A stretch of 64,000 nt of DNA from a virus (Duplodnaviria > Caudoviricetes): positions 25,349 to 89,348 of the IMG/VR virus record IMGVR_UViG_3300010398_000010; one strand, written 5' to 3'. Below are positions 28,276-37,276 of the stretch, piece after piece. Made by a program: the position numbers and the translations under genes. Below the pieces are notes generated by a model. That model searched no databases, had not been told where the DNA came from, and saw only the letters and a list, made by a program, of their open reading frames with translations. Numbering within the stretch: position 1 is the stretch's first letter; every line of letters begins with the position of its first letter.

Positions 28276-28845
28276 TCAGTTGTCCTTGATCTCGTTTGCT
28301 GGGTGGGTTCGGCCGCAGGTGACGCAGTGGCCGTCCATGATGGCGTGCTCAACGCCTTGGGGGCTCGGCCAGAGCCGCACGCCCGGCGGCAGCGGGCGTG
28401 GCAGGTCGGGGACGCCGCGCAGTTCCTCGCCGGCGTGCTGGGAACCGGGCTCGCCGCACCCGCACTGGCGGCACCACGGCTCGGTGTCATGACCGTCCGG
28501 GTCGCCGCTGAACGGGTGGCTGGGGCTGCCCGCCTGCATCCACGCACCCGACCGGGTCATCGCCTCATCGAGGTCGACGCAGCGGGTCAGCCACTCAACC
28601 GGCTCGCCGCCGGCCTGGGCATTCAGCGCCTCTTCGCCGGTCAGGAACCGGGAGTAGCGCGAGCGGGCACGCGGGTTCGGGTTGACGATCCCGGCCACGA
28701 CGCCCCGGAACGTCGCGCCGCCCCGCGGGCGCAGCGTCAGTTCGTAGACGCGGGCACCCTCGCGGACAGCGGTCGCCACCTGGTCGCGGGTGATGTCGAT
28801 CCGGTCGGATCCGTAGCCGATGGTGTAGAGCCTGGCCGCGCTCAT
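28276..28845 (-). CDS. hypothetical protein
   Basis: ORF track, coupled overlap. Confidence 0.5.
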   Translation of the reverse strand: MSAARLYTIGYGSDRIDITRDQVATAVREGARVYELTLRPRGGATFRGVVAGIVNPNPRARSRYSRFLTGEEALNAQAGGEPVEWLTRCVDLDEAMTRSGAWMQAGSPSHPFSGDPDGHDTEPWCRQCGCGEPGSQHAGEELRGVPDLPRPLPPGVRLWPSPQGVEHAIMDGHCVTCGRTHPANEIKDN

Positions 28846-29195
28846 GGCCGGTTTTCCGTTGGGGTGGGCTGCTCCGGGATCTCATCGCCATAGGCGGGCA
28901 TCCCGCAGCGGGTGCAGTTGTAGGTCGCGTCCGGGCCGGGCTCAGCCGGCGGGTCGCCGGGCTCGGCGGGCACCAGCCGCCAGAGGTGATCGCAGTGGGT
29001 GTAGCGCCGCGCCGCGAGCCCCACGGCCGGCTGCGCCGCCTGCCGCACGATGGCGTGCAGGTTGTGGCACAGCCGGCGGTCGGTGGCCCGGCCGAGGCTG
29101 GCGATCAGGCCGTCAGCCCCGGCGCGGGTGAACGGGCCGGCGGCGTAGTCCGCGCAGACGACCCAGTGATCCTTGGGGGTGGTTGGCTTGCTCAT
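28842..29195 (-). CDS. Cys/His-containing hypothetical protein
   Basis: ATGA overlap; HCDHLW..CTRCG. Confidence 0.5.
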   Translation of the reverse strand: MSKPTTPKDHWVVCADYAAGPFTRAGADGLIASLGRATDRRLCHNLHAIVRQAAQPAVGLAARRYTHCDHLWRLVPAEPGDPPAEPGPDATYNCTRCGMPAYGDEIPEQPTPTENRP

Positions 29196-29381
29196 GTCAG
29201 TCCGTCCAGTCGGGTTGGCTGGTGTGCAGTTCGATGGCGGCGGGCTCGGCCCGGCCGCCCGGGTGGCGCACCGCGAGGTGCGTCTTGGCCTGGGTCACGT
29301 CCGACCGGCTGTAATCGTCGTTCAGGACGTGCACCGGCAGATCCGGGCGGGCGAGCAGCCAGGCGGCTAGTTCGTGCGAGG

Positions 29382-29774
29382 TCACCGGGCACCGCCTCGG
29401 TCTGCCTCGCACTGCTCATCCCAGCGGTGCTCCCACAGCGCCTCTTCCACGCGCGCCTTGATGGCCCCCCCGGTGCGGGAGTCCCACCCGCAAGAGCAGG
29501 CCACGTCGTACCCGGCCCACCGGCCACGCATGGTCGCCGTGTGGGGGATCCGCGTGGTGGGCTCGCCCCACCCGCCGGCGTAGACCGACCAGGTGGCGCG
29601 GTGCTCGGCCAAGATCTCGGCGCGGATGCCGTAAGTGGTCCGGCCCGTGCGGGGCAGGGGTGCGGAGATCCACGCCGGGCTGTTGGCGGTTGCTTCCAGT
29701 TCCGGGCCGGCCCGCCACGGGGCCAGCGCGTCGGGCACGTCGTTGCGGCCGGGCTGCGGACGGTCGGTCGTCAT
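29382..29774 (-). CDS. hypothetical protein
   Basis: YDVACSCGWDSRTGG..LWEH motif; coupled overlap. Confidence 0.5.
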   Translation of the reverse strand: MTTDRPQPGRNDVPDALAPWRAGPELEATANSPAWISAPLPRTGRTTYGIRAEILAEHRATWSVYAGGWGEPTTRIPHTATMRGRWAGYDVACSCGWDSRTGGAIKARVEEALWEHRWDEQCEADRGGAR

Positions 29775-30172
29775 CGGGCACCGCCGTTGGGGCAGGCGAG
29801 GTCGCCGCAGCTTTCGCCGCGCTCAAGCGCCTCATTGGAGCAGAGGCAGATCTCAACATCCTCGGCCGTGCCGGGCTGGTCGCCGGGGCAGCGGTCGCAG
29901 TCGCGGCCGGTGCACCCGTGGGGCTCGATGTCCGGCACGCCGAACGCGCGGCGCACCAGATCCCGGGCCGGTGCCTCGCGCAAGATCTCCGACGCCTCGG
30001 CCCACGCCATCGCGTAGCGGTACATGTCGGTGTCGGGTGCCTGGTACCAATCGGCCAGGAACGCCGTCACGACCCGCTCGCCCTCGCGGCCCTCAAGCGC
30101 CCGGAACGCCGGGATCTCAAGCAGCGCCGTGAAAGCGAGCGAGCGGTCTATGTCGAGTTTGGTCTTGGTCAT
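29771..30172 (-). CDS. hypothetical protein with Cys-rich C-terminus
   Basis: ATGA overlaps. Confidence 0.5.
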   Translation of the reverse strand: MTKTKLDIDRSLAFTALLEIPAFRALEGREGERVVTAFLADWYQAPDTDMYRYAMAWAEASEILREAPARDLVRRAFGVPDIEPHGCTGRDCDRCPGDQPGTAEDVEICLCSNEALERGESCGDLACPNGGAR

Positions 30173-30507
30173 CGGGTCTCAGTCCCTCCGTGGATCTCGC
30201 ACCCGGCGATGGGTCCGGTGATGTTGTCCAGATCGTCGCGGTGCCCCTTGTAGCAGGTGCACGTCGCGGCAAGCTGCGAGTCGAGGTGCGCGGCAAGGCG
30301 CTCGTTGCGGTCGCCGCGCGCCTTGACCAGCTGGCGCTCAACCGCAGCGGTGATGATCGCCGGGTCGACGCCGGGGTGCAGCTTGGCGTACAGCTGCGGC
30401 AGGTCGGCCATGAGGCCGAGGCGCTGCTCGGGGCCGGCGCGGTACAGGAACCACTCAACGACGGCCTCAAGTTCTCCGGTGCTGAGCGGGTGCTTGTCGG
30501 AAAGCAT
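30169..30507 (-). CDS. hypothetical protein
   Basis: True start MLSDK at 30507, downstream of leader copy 2. Confidence 0.55.
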   Translation of the reverse strand: MLSDKHPLSTGELEAVVEWFLYRAGPEQRLGLMADLPQLYAKLHPGVDPAIITAAVERQLVKARGDRNERLAAHLDSQLAATCTCYKGHRDDLDNITGPIAGCEIHGGTETR

Positions 30508-30521
30508 CTGGGGTTCTCCCT

Positions 30522-30580
30522 CTGTTCTGTTGGTCACTACTAGGATAACACCGAAGGCAGACAAAATCATCCGCCCAGAG
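30522..30580 (-). promoter_or_regulatory. conserved promoter/leader element, copy 2 (TGTTATCCT)
   Basis: Near-identical to 27808-27866. Confidence 0.7.
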
Positions 30581-30627
30581 ACGATCCCAGCCGATTAGAG
30601 CAGGGTATCTCTGGGCGGATGCGTGGG

Positions 30628-30813
30628 TCAGCGCTGGACAAGCTGCGGGCCGACGAACCACGCGAGCGACCCGTCCAGCCGTTCCCGCAGCGATGCGGTC
30701 CACCGCTCGCAGGCCAGCTTGGGGATGTGCCGGGCATGGCTCTTGGCACCGCGCTCGGTGCTCGCGTGGCCGATGACCGACCCGTTGGGCGCGTAGATCA
30801 CTGGGTGCCTCAT
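30628..30813 (-). CDS. small hypothetical protein
   Basis: ATGA overlap. Confidence 0.45.
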   Translation of the reverse strand: MRHPVIYAPNGSVIGHASTERGAKSHARHIPKLACERWTASLRERLDGSLAWFVGPQLVQR

Positions 30814-31241
30814 GCCGCCGCCTCTTCCACCTGGTCAACGTCGACCAGCGACAGCCGCACCACCCGGTGCGCGTACCGGTGGCCCGGTCCCATCGCGGCG
30901 TTCGCGGTCTCGGCGTAGCGCGCCGCAGCCGTCAGGTCGAACGGGTGCCCGTCCGCGCCGTGGGTCACGGCCTTGCCACCGGCCGTCGTGTCGAGCACGG
31001 CGTAGGTCGGTAGCTCGGCCAGGTCTGCCAACTGCCAGCCCTCATGCTCAGCGAGCGCGGCCAGATCATCGAGGCTCGGGGAGTACCAGCGGTCACGGTC
31101 GCGGGGACCGGTCCGCCGCAGGTACTCACGCGGCTGATAGTGCTTGGCTGGGTCGCCGGGCTTGGACGGGTTCGGCGTCTGGCTCAGCGTTATCTGCTCA
31201 ACGGTGACGCCACTTGGGGTGGCGTACCGGCCGGTGCTCAT
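30810..31241 (-). CDS. hypothetical protein
   Basis: CAGGAG RBS within leader copy 3. Confidence 0.55.
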   Translation of the reverse strand: MSTGRYATPSGVTVEQITLSQTPNPSKPGDPAKHYQPREYLRRTGPRDRDRWYSPSLDDLAALAEHEGWQLADLAELPTYAVLDTTAGGKAVTHGADGHPFDLTAAARYAETANAAMGPGHRYAHRVVRLSLVDVDQVEEAAA

Positions 31242-31250
31242 CGGATTGGT

Positions 31251-31296
31251 CTCCTGTTCTGTTGGTCATCAGTGACAACAACGAACAGAGCCGAAA
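31251..31296 (-). promoter_or_regulatory. partial leader element, copy 3, in the divergent intergenic region
   Basis: CTCCTGTTCTGTTGGTCA at 31251-31268; CAGAGCCGAAA at 31286-31296 shared with copy 1. Confidence 0.6.
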
Positions 31297-31343
31297 CCTT
31301 CCGTGCAGTGGTTAATCGAGACGATCCGGGGTACCCTCAACCT

Positions 31344-31577
31344 ATGAGCTACAACGACCACCAGATCGAGATCACCGATCCCGATGACCTGCTCGCTGAC
31401 CGGGGCGTGGCCCACGAACTGCGGTTCACGACCCGCCTCGGCGGCAACTCATCGAGCACCGAAGTGATCCACCTGACCGAAACCGACCTTGACCAGCTGG
31501 CCTACGCGGTCGCCGCCCGGCGGCTCGACCAGCGCCGCAAGTCCGGCGCAGCCTGGCCAGCCGGCAAGACCAGCTAG
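31344..31577 (+). CDS. hypothetical protein, first gene of the + strand island
   Basis: ATG 31344 in frame with the track ORF. Confidence 0.45.
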   Translation: MSYNDHQIEITDPDDLLADRGVAHELRFTTRLGGNSSSTEVIHLTETDLDQLAYAVAARRLDQRRKSGAAWPAGKTS

Positions 31578-31591
31578 GGAGGCACACACCG

Positions 31592-31840
31592 ATGGCAGAC
31601 ACCGCCAAGCGCGCCCGGCGCAAGACCCCGGTCGACCGGACTGCGCTCACGCGCCTGCGCCTGGAAAAGGGCTGGACGATCAGCGAGCTATCACGCCAGT
31701 CCGGCGTGACCGCCTCGCACATTTCGGCGGTCGAGCAGGGCGCGGACATCCGCATCACCACACTCGCCAAGCTGGCCGACGCGCTGGGCGTCCGCCTGCC
31801 GGCGATGCTGCTGCCACAGAACGGAGACAGCGATGGCTGA
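31592..31840 (+). CDS. XRE/Cro-family HTH regulator
   Basis: LTRLRLEKGWTISELSRQSGVTASHISAVEQG..IRITTLAKLADALGV. Confidence 0.9.
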   Translation: MADTAKRARRKTPVDRTALTRLRLEKGWTISELSRQSGVTASHISAVEQGADIRITTLAKLADALGVRLPAMLLPQNGDSDG

Positions 31841-32036
31841 GACCCTGCACAACACGCTGCCGATCCACGCCGACCTAGCGCGGAAGATCGCAGACGACGC
31901 CATCGGCCTGTTCCTTGAGTACCGCGACCAGTTCGGCTACGCCGAGGGTGAGGCGCGGGCGCAAGCGCTCATCGACGTTGCTGAGGGCGCGTCGGTGGAC
32001 ATCGAGGCGATGCGCGATGAAGAGGCCGCACCCTGA
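31833..32036 (+). CDS. small hypothetical protein
   Basis: GGAG RBS; overlap with the HTH gene. Confidence 0.5.
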   Translation: MAETLHNTLPIHADLARKIADDAIGLFLEYRDQFGYAEGEARAQALIDVAEGASVDIEAMRDEEAAP

Positions 32037-32209
32037 TGTGGCACGCGATCCTCTGGCCCATCTGGCTCGGCGTCGCCGGGACCATCGCCCGCAAGGCGCA
32101 TGACGATTGGGTCAACCCGAATGAGTCGCGGGGCGTGACCCTGTTCCTGATCGCCGTGTTCGGGACCGTGCTCGCGGTCGCCGCGTTCTGCATCTGGCGG
32201 TTCGCATGA
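32036..32209 (+). CDS. small two-TM membrane protein
   Basis: Hand translation MWHAILWPIWLGVAG...LFLIAVFGTVLAVAAFCIWRFA; coupled at both ends. Confidence 0.5.
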   Translation: MWHAILWPIWLGVAGTIARKAHDDWVNPNESRGVTLFLIAVFGTVLAVAAFCIWRFA

Positions 32210-32387
32210 GCCGCAGCGATCAGGCCAAGCTGACCGGCCGCGCGCCGGTCTCAAGCCAGCAAGGTCTGTACGGCACCGATGGCGGCGCGACCGATCACCA
32301 CCCGGCCGGCTGCGACTGCCGCCAGTGCCGACGCCTGCGCGTGGCCGAGACCCGCCGTCGGCGCAAGAAGCTGATGCGAGGCGTGAC

Positions 32388-32666
32388 ATGAGGCTCCCCG
32401 GCGAGTGCACCGGATGCCACCGGCCCCGGCAGGTCTTGGTGACCGGCGCGGCGCTGGCCACCGCCGCCGCCCGGGGCAGGCCCGGCATCCCGCAAGGGCT
32501 CTGCGCCGACTGCGAGGATCCGCACACCGGCACCTGCCGCCACTGTGACAAGCCGGTCCGCCGCAACGGTGCCGGCGTGTGGGGGGCTCGCGCCCGCAAC
32601 GACCCGCACCCGTGGTACTGCGCCGCCGAACCCCATCCCGACCCCCACCGGAGACACCACCCATGA
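32388..32666 (+). CDS. Zn-finger-like small protein
   Basis: CxxC pairs (CTGC, CADC, CRHC); ATGA overlaps. Confidence 0.5.
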   Translation: MRLPGECTGCHRPRQVLVTGAALATAAARGRPGIPQGLCADCEDPHTGTCRHCDKPVRRNGAGVWGARARNDPHPWYCAAEPHPDPHRRHHP

Positions 32667-32995
32667 CCCGCGACGCCCGCACGTTCCGCAAGCTGACCGC
32701 CGATGAGGTGATCGCTGAGCTTGAGCGGCAGTGCCGCCTGCGCGGCATCAGCTGCGGCGACCCCGAATGCACCGACCCGGCGCACCGCGTCAGCTGGGAA
32801 CGGATCGAGCCCGGCGACTGCGACTGCCACCACCCGCCGATGCGGCACGACCGGTGGGTCATCACCTGGGCCGGCCGGGACCGGCTGATCACCGACTTTG
32901 CGATCAAGAGCTACGGCCGGCGTCACATTGAGAAGCTGCTCCGCGACCTGCCGCCGCTGCCCGAACAGGCGTGGGCGGCGGACACCCACGGGTAG
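32663..32995 (+). CDS. hypothetical protein
   Basis: GGAG RBS, ATGA overlap. Confidence 0.5.
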   Translation: MTRDARTFRKLTADEVIAELERQCRLRGISCGDPECTDPAHRVSWERIEPGDCDCHHPPMRHDRWVITWAGRDRLITDFAIKSYGRRHIEKLLRDLPPLPEQAWAADTHG

Positions 32996-33001
32996 GCCGG
33001 C

Positions 33002-33265
33002 GTGGAACCCTGCCCGGTGCCGATCTCGCCGCCGCCGCCGTGGACCCCGCATCAGATCAGCGGCGGCGTGTTCTGGTGCCCCGACCCGGCAGCGCCGGGT
33101 CCGCCGCTGCTGCCGGCGCTGCTGCTGTTCGCGTGGCACCTGCTGACCGCCGCCGCGCTGATCATCATGGCGTTCACGGTGATCCGCGCGAACGCCGGCC
33201 CCTGGCTTGAGCGCGCGATGCGGCCGGTGCTGTGGAACACCACCAACGGGCGGCAGCCGCAATGA
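33002..33265 (+). CDS. small membrane protein
   Basis: Pro-rich N-terminus plus hydrophobic helix. Confidence 0.5.
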   Translation: MEPCPVPISPPPPWTPHQISGGVFWCPDPAAPGPPLLPALLLFAWHLLTAAALIIMAFTVIRANAGPWLERAMRPVLWNTTNGRQPQ

Positions 33266-33522
33266 GAACCCGCCCCGACCTGCTCTGGCCGGTCGAAACG
33301 GACGACCCGCCGCAGGCCGCCCGCCGCGACGCCTCATGGTGGGACCGGCCCGGCACCGCCTACACCTACCACGTCGCCACCACCTACATGAGCGCGTGCT
33401 GTTTCCGCGACCAGCCGTTAGCCGAATTCACCGCGCGACCCGCCGCCGAGGTGCCACCGTTTCAGCGGTGCGGGCGACCCGCCTGCCGCAAACGCTGGCC
33501 CGACTATGAGGGGAACCCATGA
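33262..33522 (+). CDS. small Cys-containing protein
   Basis: ATGA overlaps; SACC..CGRPAC. Confidence 0.45.
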   Translation: MRTRPDLLWPVETDDPPQAARRDASWWDRPGTAYTYHVATTYMSACCFRDQPLAEFTARPAAEVPPFQRCGRPACRKRWPDYEGNP

Positions 33523-33839
33523 AAGACCGTTCAGCTACCCACGCCGCCGCTGTCTTGCGCCAGCCGGTCACGATCCGGGTCTGGCACCTGCTGGCCGTCG
33601 CCGCCATCGTCGCCCTTGGGATCGCCGGGTGCGGCGCGAAGTTCAGCGAGCCATTCAAGGACGCGCCGCGGGCGGGGCCGACGAACTCGGCACCGGCTCA
33701 GGTCATCGAAATGCCGGACGGGTTCAACAACATGGCCACCAAATGCGATCACGGGTTCCGGATCTGGGCCAGCTATCACGGTGATGGTGGCTACGGGTTC
33801 GGTTTCGCCCAGCCCGACCCGGCCTGCCAAGGCAAATAG
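33519..33839 (+). CDS. actinophage-type lipoprotein
   Basis: Lipobox IAG-C followed by KFSEPFKDAPR..IEMPDGFNN.ATKCD..YHGD..C pattern. Confidence 0.75.
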   Translation: MKDRSATHAAAVLRQPVTIRVWHLLAVAAIVALGIAGCGAKFSEPFKDAPRAGPTNSAPAQVIEMPDGFNNMATKCDHGFRIWASYHGDGGYGFGFAQPDPACQGK

Positions 33840-33885
33840 CTCCGGGGCAACTCGGCCCCGGTGAGTGGAAGGAAACCAACAACCG

Positions 33886-34272
33886 ATGATCAGACGACTA
33901 GCAGCCATCGCCGCCGTCTGCGCCGCGCTCGCCACGGGCAGCGCAGCGCTCGCGACGGTTCCCGCGTCGGCCTCACCAACCGGGCCGGCGAGCGCGACCG
34001 CCCAGCACGCCTCGACCGCCGCAGCGCGGCGCTGTTCCACCACCGGGCAGAACCTCCGCGTCACCCACAACAGCACCGAAACCGTGCTGACGATCATCAC
34101 CCGCCGCTGCGGCCGGTCCTACCGGGCGTGGCTGCGCACCCGCACCGGGGTGAAGCGCGTCGGCGTCTGGCGCACGTCGGGCCAATCAGTCGTGCTCGGT
34201 AACGGCTTTGACGGCGGCTGGCAGCGGGAGCCGACCGGCGGCGGGACGCTCACCACCCACACCAGCTACTAG
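33886..34272 (+). CDS. secreted protein
   Basis: Sec-type signal MIRRLAAIAAVCAALA..ASA; two Cys in the mature part. Confidence 0.65.
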   Translation: MIRRLAAIAAVCAALATGSAALATVPASASPTGPASATAQHASTAAARRCSTTGQNLRVTHNSTETVLTIITRRCGRSYRAWLRTRTGVKRVGVWRTSGQSVVLGNGFDGGWQREPTGGGTLTTHTSY

Positions 34273-34286
34273 CAGGTGAGCCGCAG

Positions 34287-34865
34287 ATGATGGGGGCCAC
34301 ACACGCTGAGTCGGGGTTCGCGGCCGGGTTCGCCCTGGTCGCGGTCACCCACCCGGCGCCGCTGGTCGCGGTGTCTGGCCCCCTCATCTGCGCCGCGTTC
34401 GCGCTCATGCCCGACCTCGACCACGCCTCATCCAAGGCGACTCACTCGTGCGGGATCCCCTCGGAGGCGCTGTCGTGGATCATCCGCCGCCTGCCCGGTG
34501 GCAAGCACCGCTGGGCTCTGCACTCGCTGACCGCCGTCGCCGTCTGCGCCGCCGTCGCCGCTGTCATTGACGCAATGATTCACGGGCCGTGGATCTGGGT
34601 GGTCTACGCCGCGCTCGGATGGGCCATGCACATCGCCGGGGATCTGATGACCGACCGGCCGGTGCGGCTGCTGTGGCCGTTCAGCGACCGTCCCGTCTGG
34701 GGTCTGCCCGGCTGGCATACCAAGGTGCTCGGCGTCACCCTCAAGGTCCGGCTGACGACCAACGGCCCGGTCGAGCGTGGCGCGGTCCGGCTGTGGCTCG
34801 CGCTGATCATCGCCGGGTCGCTACTGCTGATCTTGCGGCACATCACGATGACCGGCGGCGTCTAG
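34287..34865 (+). CDS. YdjM-like membrane metal-dependent hydrolase
   Basis: TH..PDLDH..HRWALHS..HIAGD..LLWP motif series. Confidence 0.85.
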   Translation: MMGATHAESGFAAGFALVAVTHPAPLVAVSGPLICAAFALMPDLDHASSKATHSCGIPSEALSWIIRRLPGGKHRWALHSLTAVAVCAAVAAVIDAMIHGPWIWVVYAALGWAMHIAGDLMTDRPVRLLWPFSDRPVWGLPGWHTKVLGVTLKVRLTTNGPVERGAVRLWLALIIAGSLLLILRHITMTGGV

Positions 34866-34875
34866 GAGAACCCCC

Positions 34876-35067
34876 GTGGAAACCGACCGTCTTGACATCG
34901 GCCCGCTCGATGGGACCGCTCTGGTCGCGGCGCTGCTGCTCGCCATCGGGAACTGCGCACCGGAGATCGGGCGCACCACGCTGATCACCAGCGGGGGCCG
35001 GCCGCTGGCCGTGCTCAGCCCCGTGACGGCCGGGGGGAGTGGGCGCGTAGCGTCGCCCCGTTCTTAG
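34876..35067 (+). CDS. small hypothetical protein
   Basis: AGGAG RBS, GTG start. Confidence 0.4.
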   Translation: METDRLDIGPLDGTALVAALLLAIGNCAPEIGRTTLITSGGRPLAVLSPVTAGGSGRVASPRS

Positions 35068-35209
35068 GCCGCAGCCAAGCGCCAATCCTCAGCCGCAGTG
35101 GATCCCGGAGGACCTTTGCAGCATCACCCGGCTCATGGCCTGCCAGCACGTTTAGGGAACCTGCCCTAGTACCTCGCTGCGGTCTCCGCACCCGGCCGCC
35201 AGCGGCAGG

Positions 35210-35767
35210 CTAATCCGGCGACGCAGGCGGGCTCGACTGAATTTCGGTCGGCGGCGGGGTCGGTGGCAAGCTGGTCGCGCTCGGTGCCGGTGCCGGGCTG
35301 GTCGGGCTCGGTGCCGGCACCGGCTCGCTCGAGCTCGGCGGCGGCGGTTCGATCATCGATCGCTGCGGGACTGGGACGGGTTGCCCAGCTGGCGCGGCCG
35401 GGATGACGACCGGCACCGGGGCGGGCTCAACCGGGGTCGTGTTTCGTGAACCGTGGTAGTGGCGGCGGTGCGAGGGCGTGGGCGCTGGCGGCGTGGTGGA
35501 CGGCGAGACCGTGACCTCGACCACGGGCAGCTGCACCCGCCACCACGGCTGCTGCGCCGAACCCCAGAACGCGCCCGCCGCGGCGAGTACCCCGGCGATC
35601 AGGATCAGCCAGGTCGGCACCCGCCGCCGTCTGCGGCCGGGCGGGGACGGCGGCAGCTTAGGCGCGGTGGGCAGCAGCCACGGATCGGTGACCGTGTCAT
35701 CAAGAGGGGCCGGCCTTGGGCTCAAGCGGGATGATCTCGATCTGCTCAGGCGGGGGCGCGTACACAT
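35210..35767 (-). CDS. Pro-rich single-TM protein
   Basis: RRRR followed by a TM helix, then Pro/Ser/Thr-rich tail; start uncertain. Confidence 0.55.
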   Translation of the reverse strand: MCTRPRLSRSRSSRLSPRPAPLDDTVTDPWLLPTAPKLPPSPPGRRRRRVPTWLILIAGVLAAAGAFWGSAQQPWWRVQLPVVEVTVSPSTTPPAPTPSHRRHYHGSRNTTPVEPAPVPVVIPAAPAGQPVPVPQRSMIEPPPPSSSEPVPAPSPTSPAPAPSATSLPPTPPPTEIQSSPPASPD

Positions 35768-35999
35768 GCCCGCCGCCCGGGGCAGCGGCGCTCGGCAGGG
35801 CCGTCGCTGAGAGGGTCTGCCCTCGGCATTGCTCTATCGACCAAGCCCCGTCAAGGGTAAGGGTGTCAAGGTTGCCGCACCCGGCGCAACGCCGCAGCAC
35901 GATGGTCCGCGGCACCGCCTTGCCCCAGAGCACCCCGGCCGGCAGCAGCTCGAGCGGCTGAACGTCAACGGGGCGCAGGTCGCAACGGTGGCGGCGCAT
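35700..35999 (-). CDS. small Zn-ribbon-like protein
   Basis: HRC..RCAGCG motif. Confidence 0.45.
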   Translation of the reverse strand: MRRHRCDLRPVDVQPLELLPAGVLWGKAVPRTIVLRRCAGCGNLDTLTLDGAWSIEQCRGQTLSATALPSAAAPGGGHVYAPPPEQIEIIPLEPKAGPS

Positions 36000-36079
36000 T
36001 GATCACCTCTCGGTGATGGCAGTGGTGCGAGCAGCGCGGGTCGGTGCACCGCTCGCACTCGCAGCCCATCCGGCAGAAC

Positions 36080-36601
36080 TCACTGATCAGTGCCACGTCG
36101 TCGCCTGCCTCTTGCCTTTGCCAGGAACGGCCGGGCGGGCGGCTGCTCGGATTCTTGCCAGATGACGGAAAGCCGTTTCAGCCTCGCGTCGGTGTCCTCA
36201 TCGTTCCACTGCCCGGCTGGCAGCGGCACCGAGGGGTGATCGGTGATGACCTCGGCTGCGGCGGCGGGCAGCGCGAGCAGCTTGGCGGGCGGGGCCGAGG
36301 GCTGCACCCGCACCGTGAACGTCGGCGGCGGGCCGTCCAACGCGGGCTGCGGCCAGGTGTGTGAGGGCAGCGGCTTGACCGGTTCCACGTAGGTCGTCCA
36401 CATCGCTTCGCCGCCCGCTGGGCGAGGGCCGTTTGCCCAGCGGGCGGCGACGCGGGTCTGCTCATCCCACAGTGACGGGCTGTCGCCGCATCTGTGGGCG
36501 GGCCGGTGTTTCCACTCGGCGGCCAGTTGCCAGAACGACGGGATCCCCCCATCGAGCGGCACCGGGAACAGCTTGTTGAGCGGGTCGAGGTAGCCGGTCA
36601 T
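36080..36601 (-). CDS. hypothetical protein
   Basis: ORF track. Confidence 0.45.
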   Translation of the reverse strand: MTGYLDPLNKLFPVPLDGGIPSFWQLAAEWKHRPAHRCGDSPSLWDEQTRVAARWANGPRPAGGEAMWTTYVEPVKPLPSHTWPQPALDGPPPTFTVRVQPSAPPAKLLALPAAAAEVITDHPSVPLPAGQWNDEDTDARLKRLSVIWQESEQPPARPFLAKARGRRRRGTDQ

Positions 36602-36612
36602 GGGCTACAGAT

Positions 36613-36876
36613 CTACCATCCGCCCGCGAGGATCTGCATGAGATCCGGGTCAATCACCGCGATCAGGTCGAGGTCGGCGTCCAGCGCGGAGGCCAGGGCG
36701 AGCACCCATTCCTCATTGATGTTGACCCACAGATCCCGTTCCGCGATGGCCACGAACGACGGGTTGGTGCCGGGCATCCCGGCCTTGCGCATCCCTGCGG
36801 CGACCTCGGCCAGCGTCATCCGCCGCGCCTGCCGCAGCGCGCGCACGGCCTGCCCGGAGACCATCATGGCGTCCAC
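36613..36876 (-). CDS. XRE-like HTH protein
   Basis: VRALRQARRMTLAEVA....PSFVAIAER...LALASAL. Confidence 0.7.
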   Translation of the reverse strand: MDAMMVSGQAVRALRQARRMTLAEVAAGMRKAGMPGTNPSFVAIAERDLWVNINEEWVLALASALDADLDLIAVIDPDLMQILAGGW

Positions 36877-36935
36877 TCCGTGCCGGGGATCTTGCTCGGA
36901 TGGGTCTGCCCGTACTTGGATTCGGTCGCCATCGC

Positions 36936-37244
36936 TTACTCCGGGTCCGGTTCCATCAGCCGCATCTGGCCGGTCCGCTCGGATTGCAGCCGGTCGGCCA
37001 TCTGGTGCAGCGTCTTGATGTCATCGGGGTCGAGGGGGATCTCGATCTGCCGCAGCCGCACGGTCGGCCGCAGCGCGCCCGTGTCGGTCTCGCTGCGGAC
37101 GTGCATCGCGTCCACGAACACGATCCCGATGTGAATGTCGCCGGGGCTGTTGACTAGCTGCTCAAAGATCTCCCACAGCCCGCACGCGGGCAGGGCTGGC
37201 ATCGTGCCGGCGAGCACGATCTCCCGGTCGTCGTTCTTGGCCAT
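36936..37244 (-). CDS. hypothetical protein
   Basis: GAAAGGA RBS before MAKNDD. Confidence 0.55.
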   Translation of the reverse strand: MAKNDDREIVLAGTMPALPACGLWEIFEQLVNSPGDIHIGIVFVDAMHVRSETDTGALRPTVRLRQIEIPLDPDDIKTLHQMADRLQSERTGQMRLMEPDPE

Positions 37245-37276
37245 CGCGGGTGTCCTTTCGGTCGGTCTATCCATTT

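Noticed and set aside
26701-32660. GACAC sites (26701, 27801, about 32653) as targets of the WhiA-like protein
   Set aside because: Each occurs as GGAGACAC, overlapping the Shine-Dalgarno sequence, and a 5-mer is frequent by chance
34876-35067. Phd/YefM antitoxin (LITSGGRPLAVL similarity)
   Set aside because: Only a short partial match and no adjacent toxin gene
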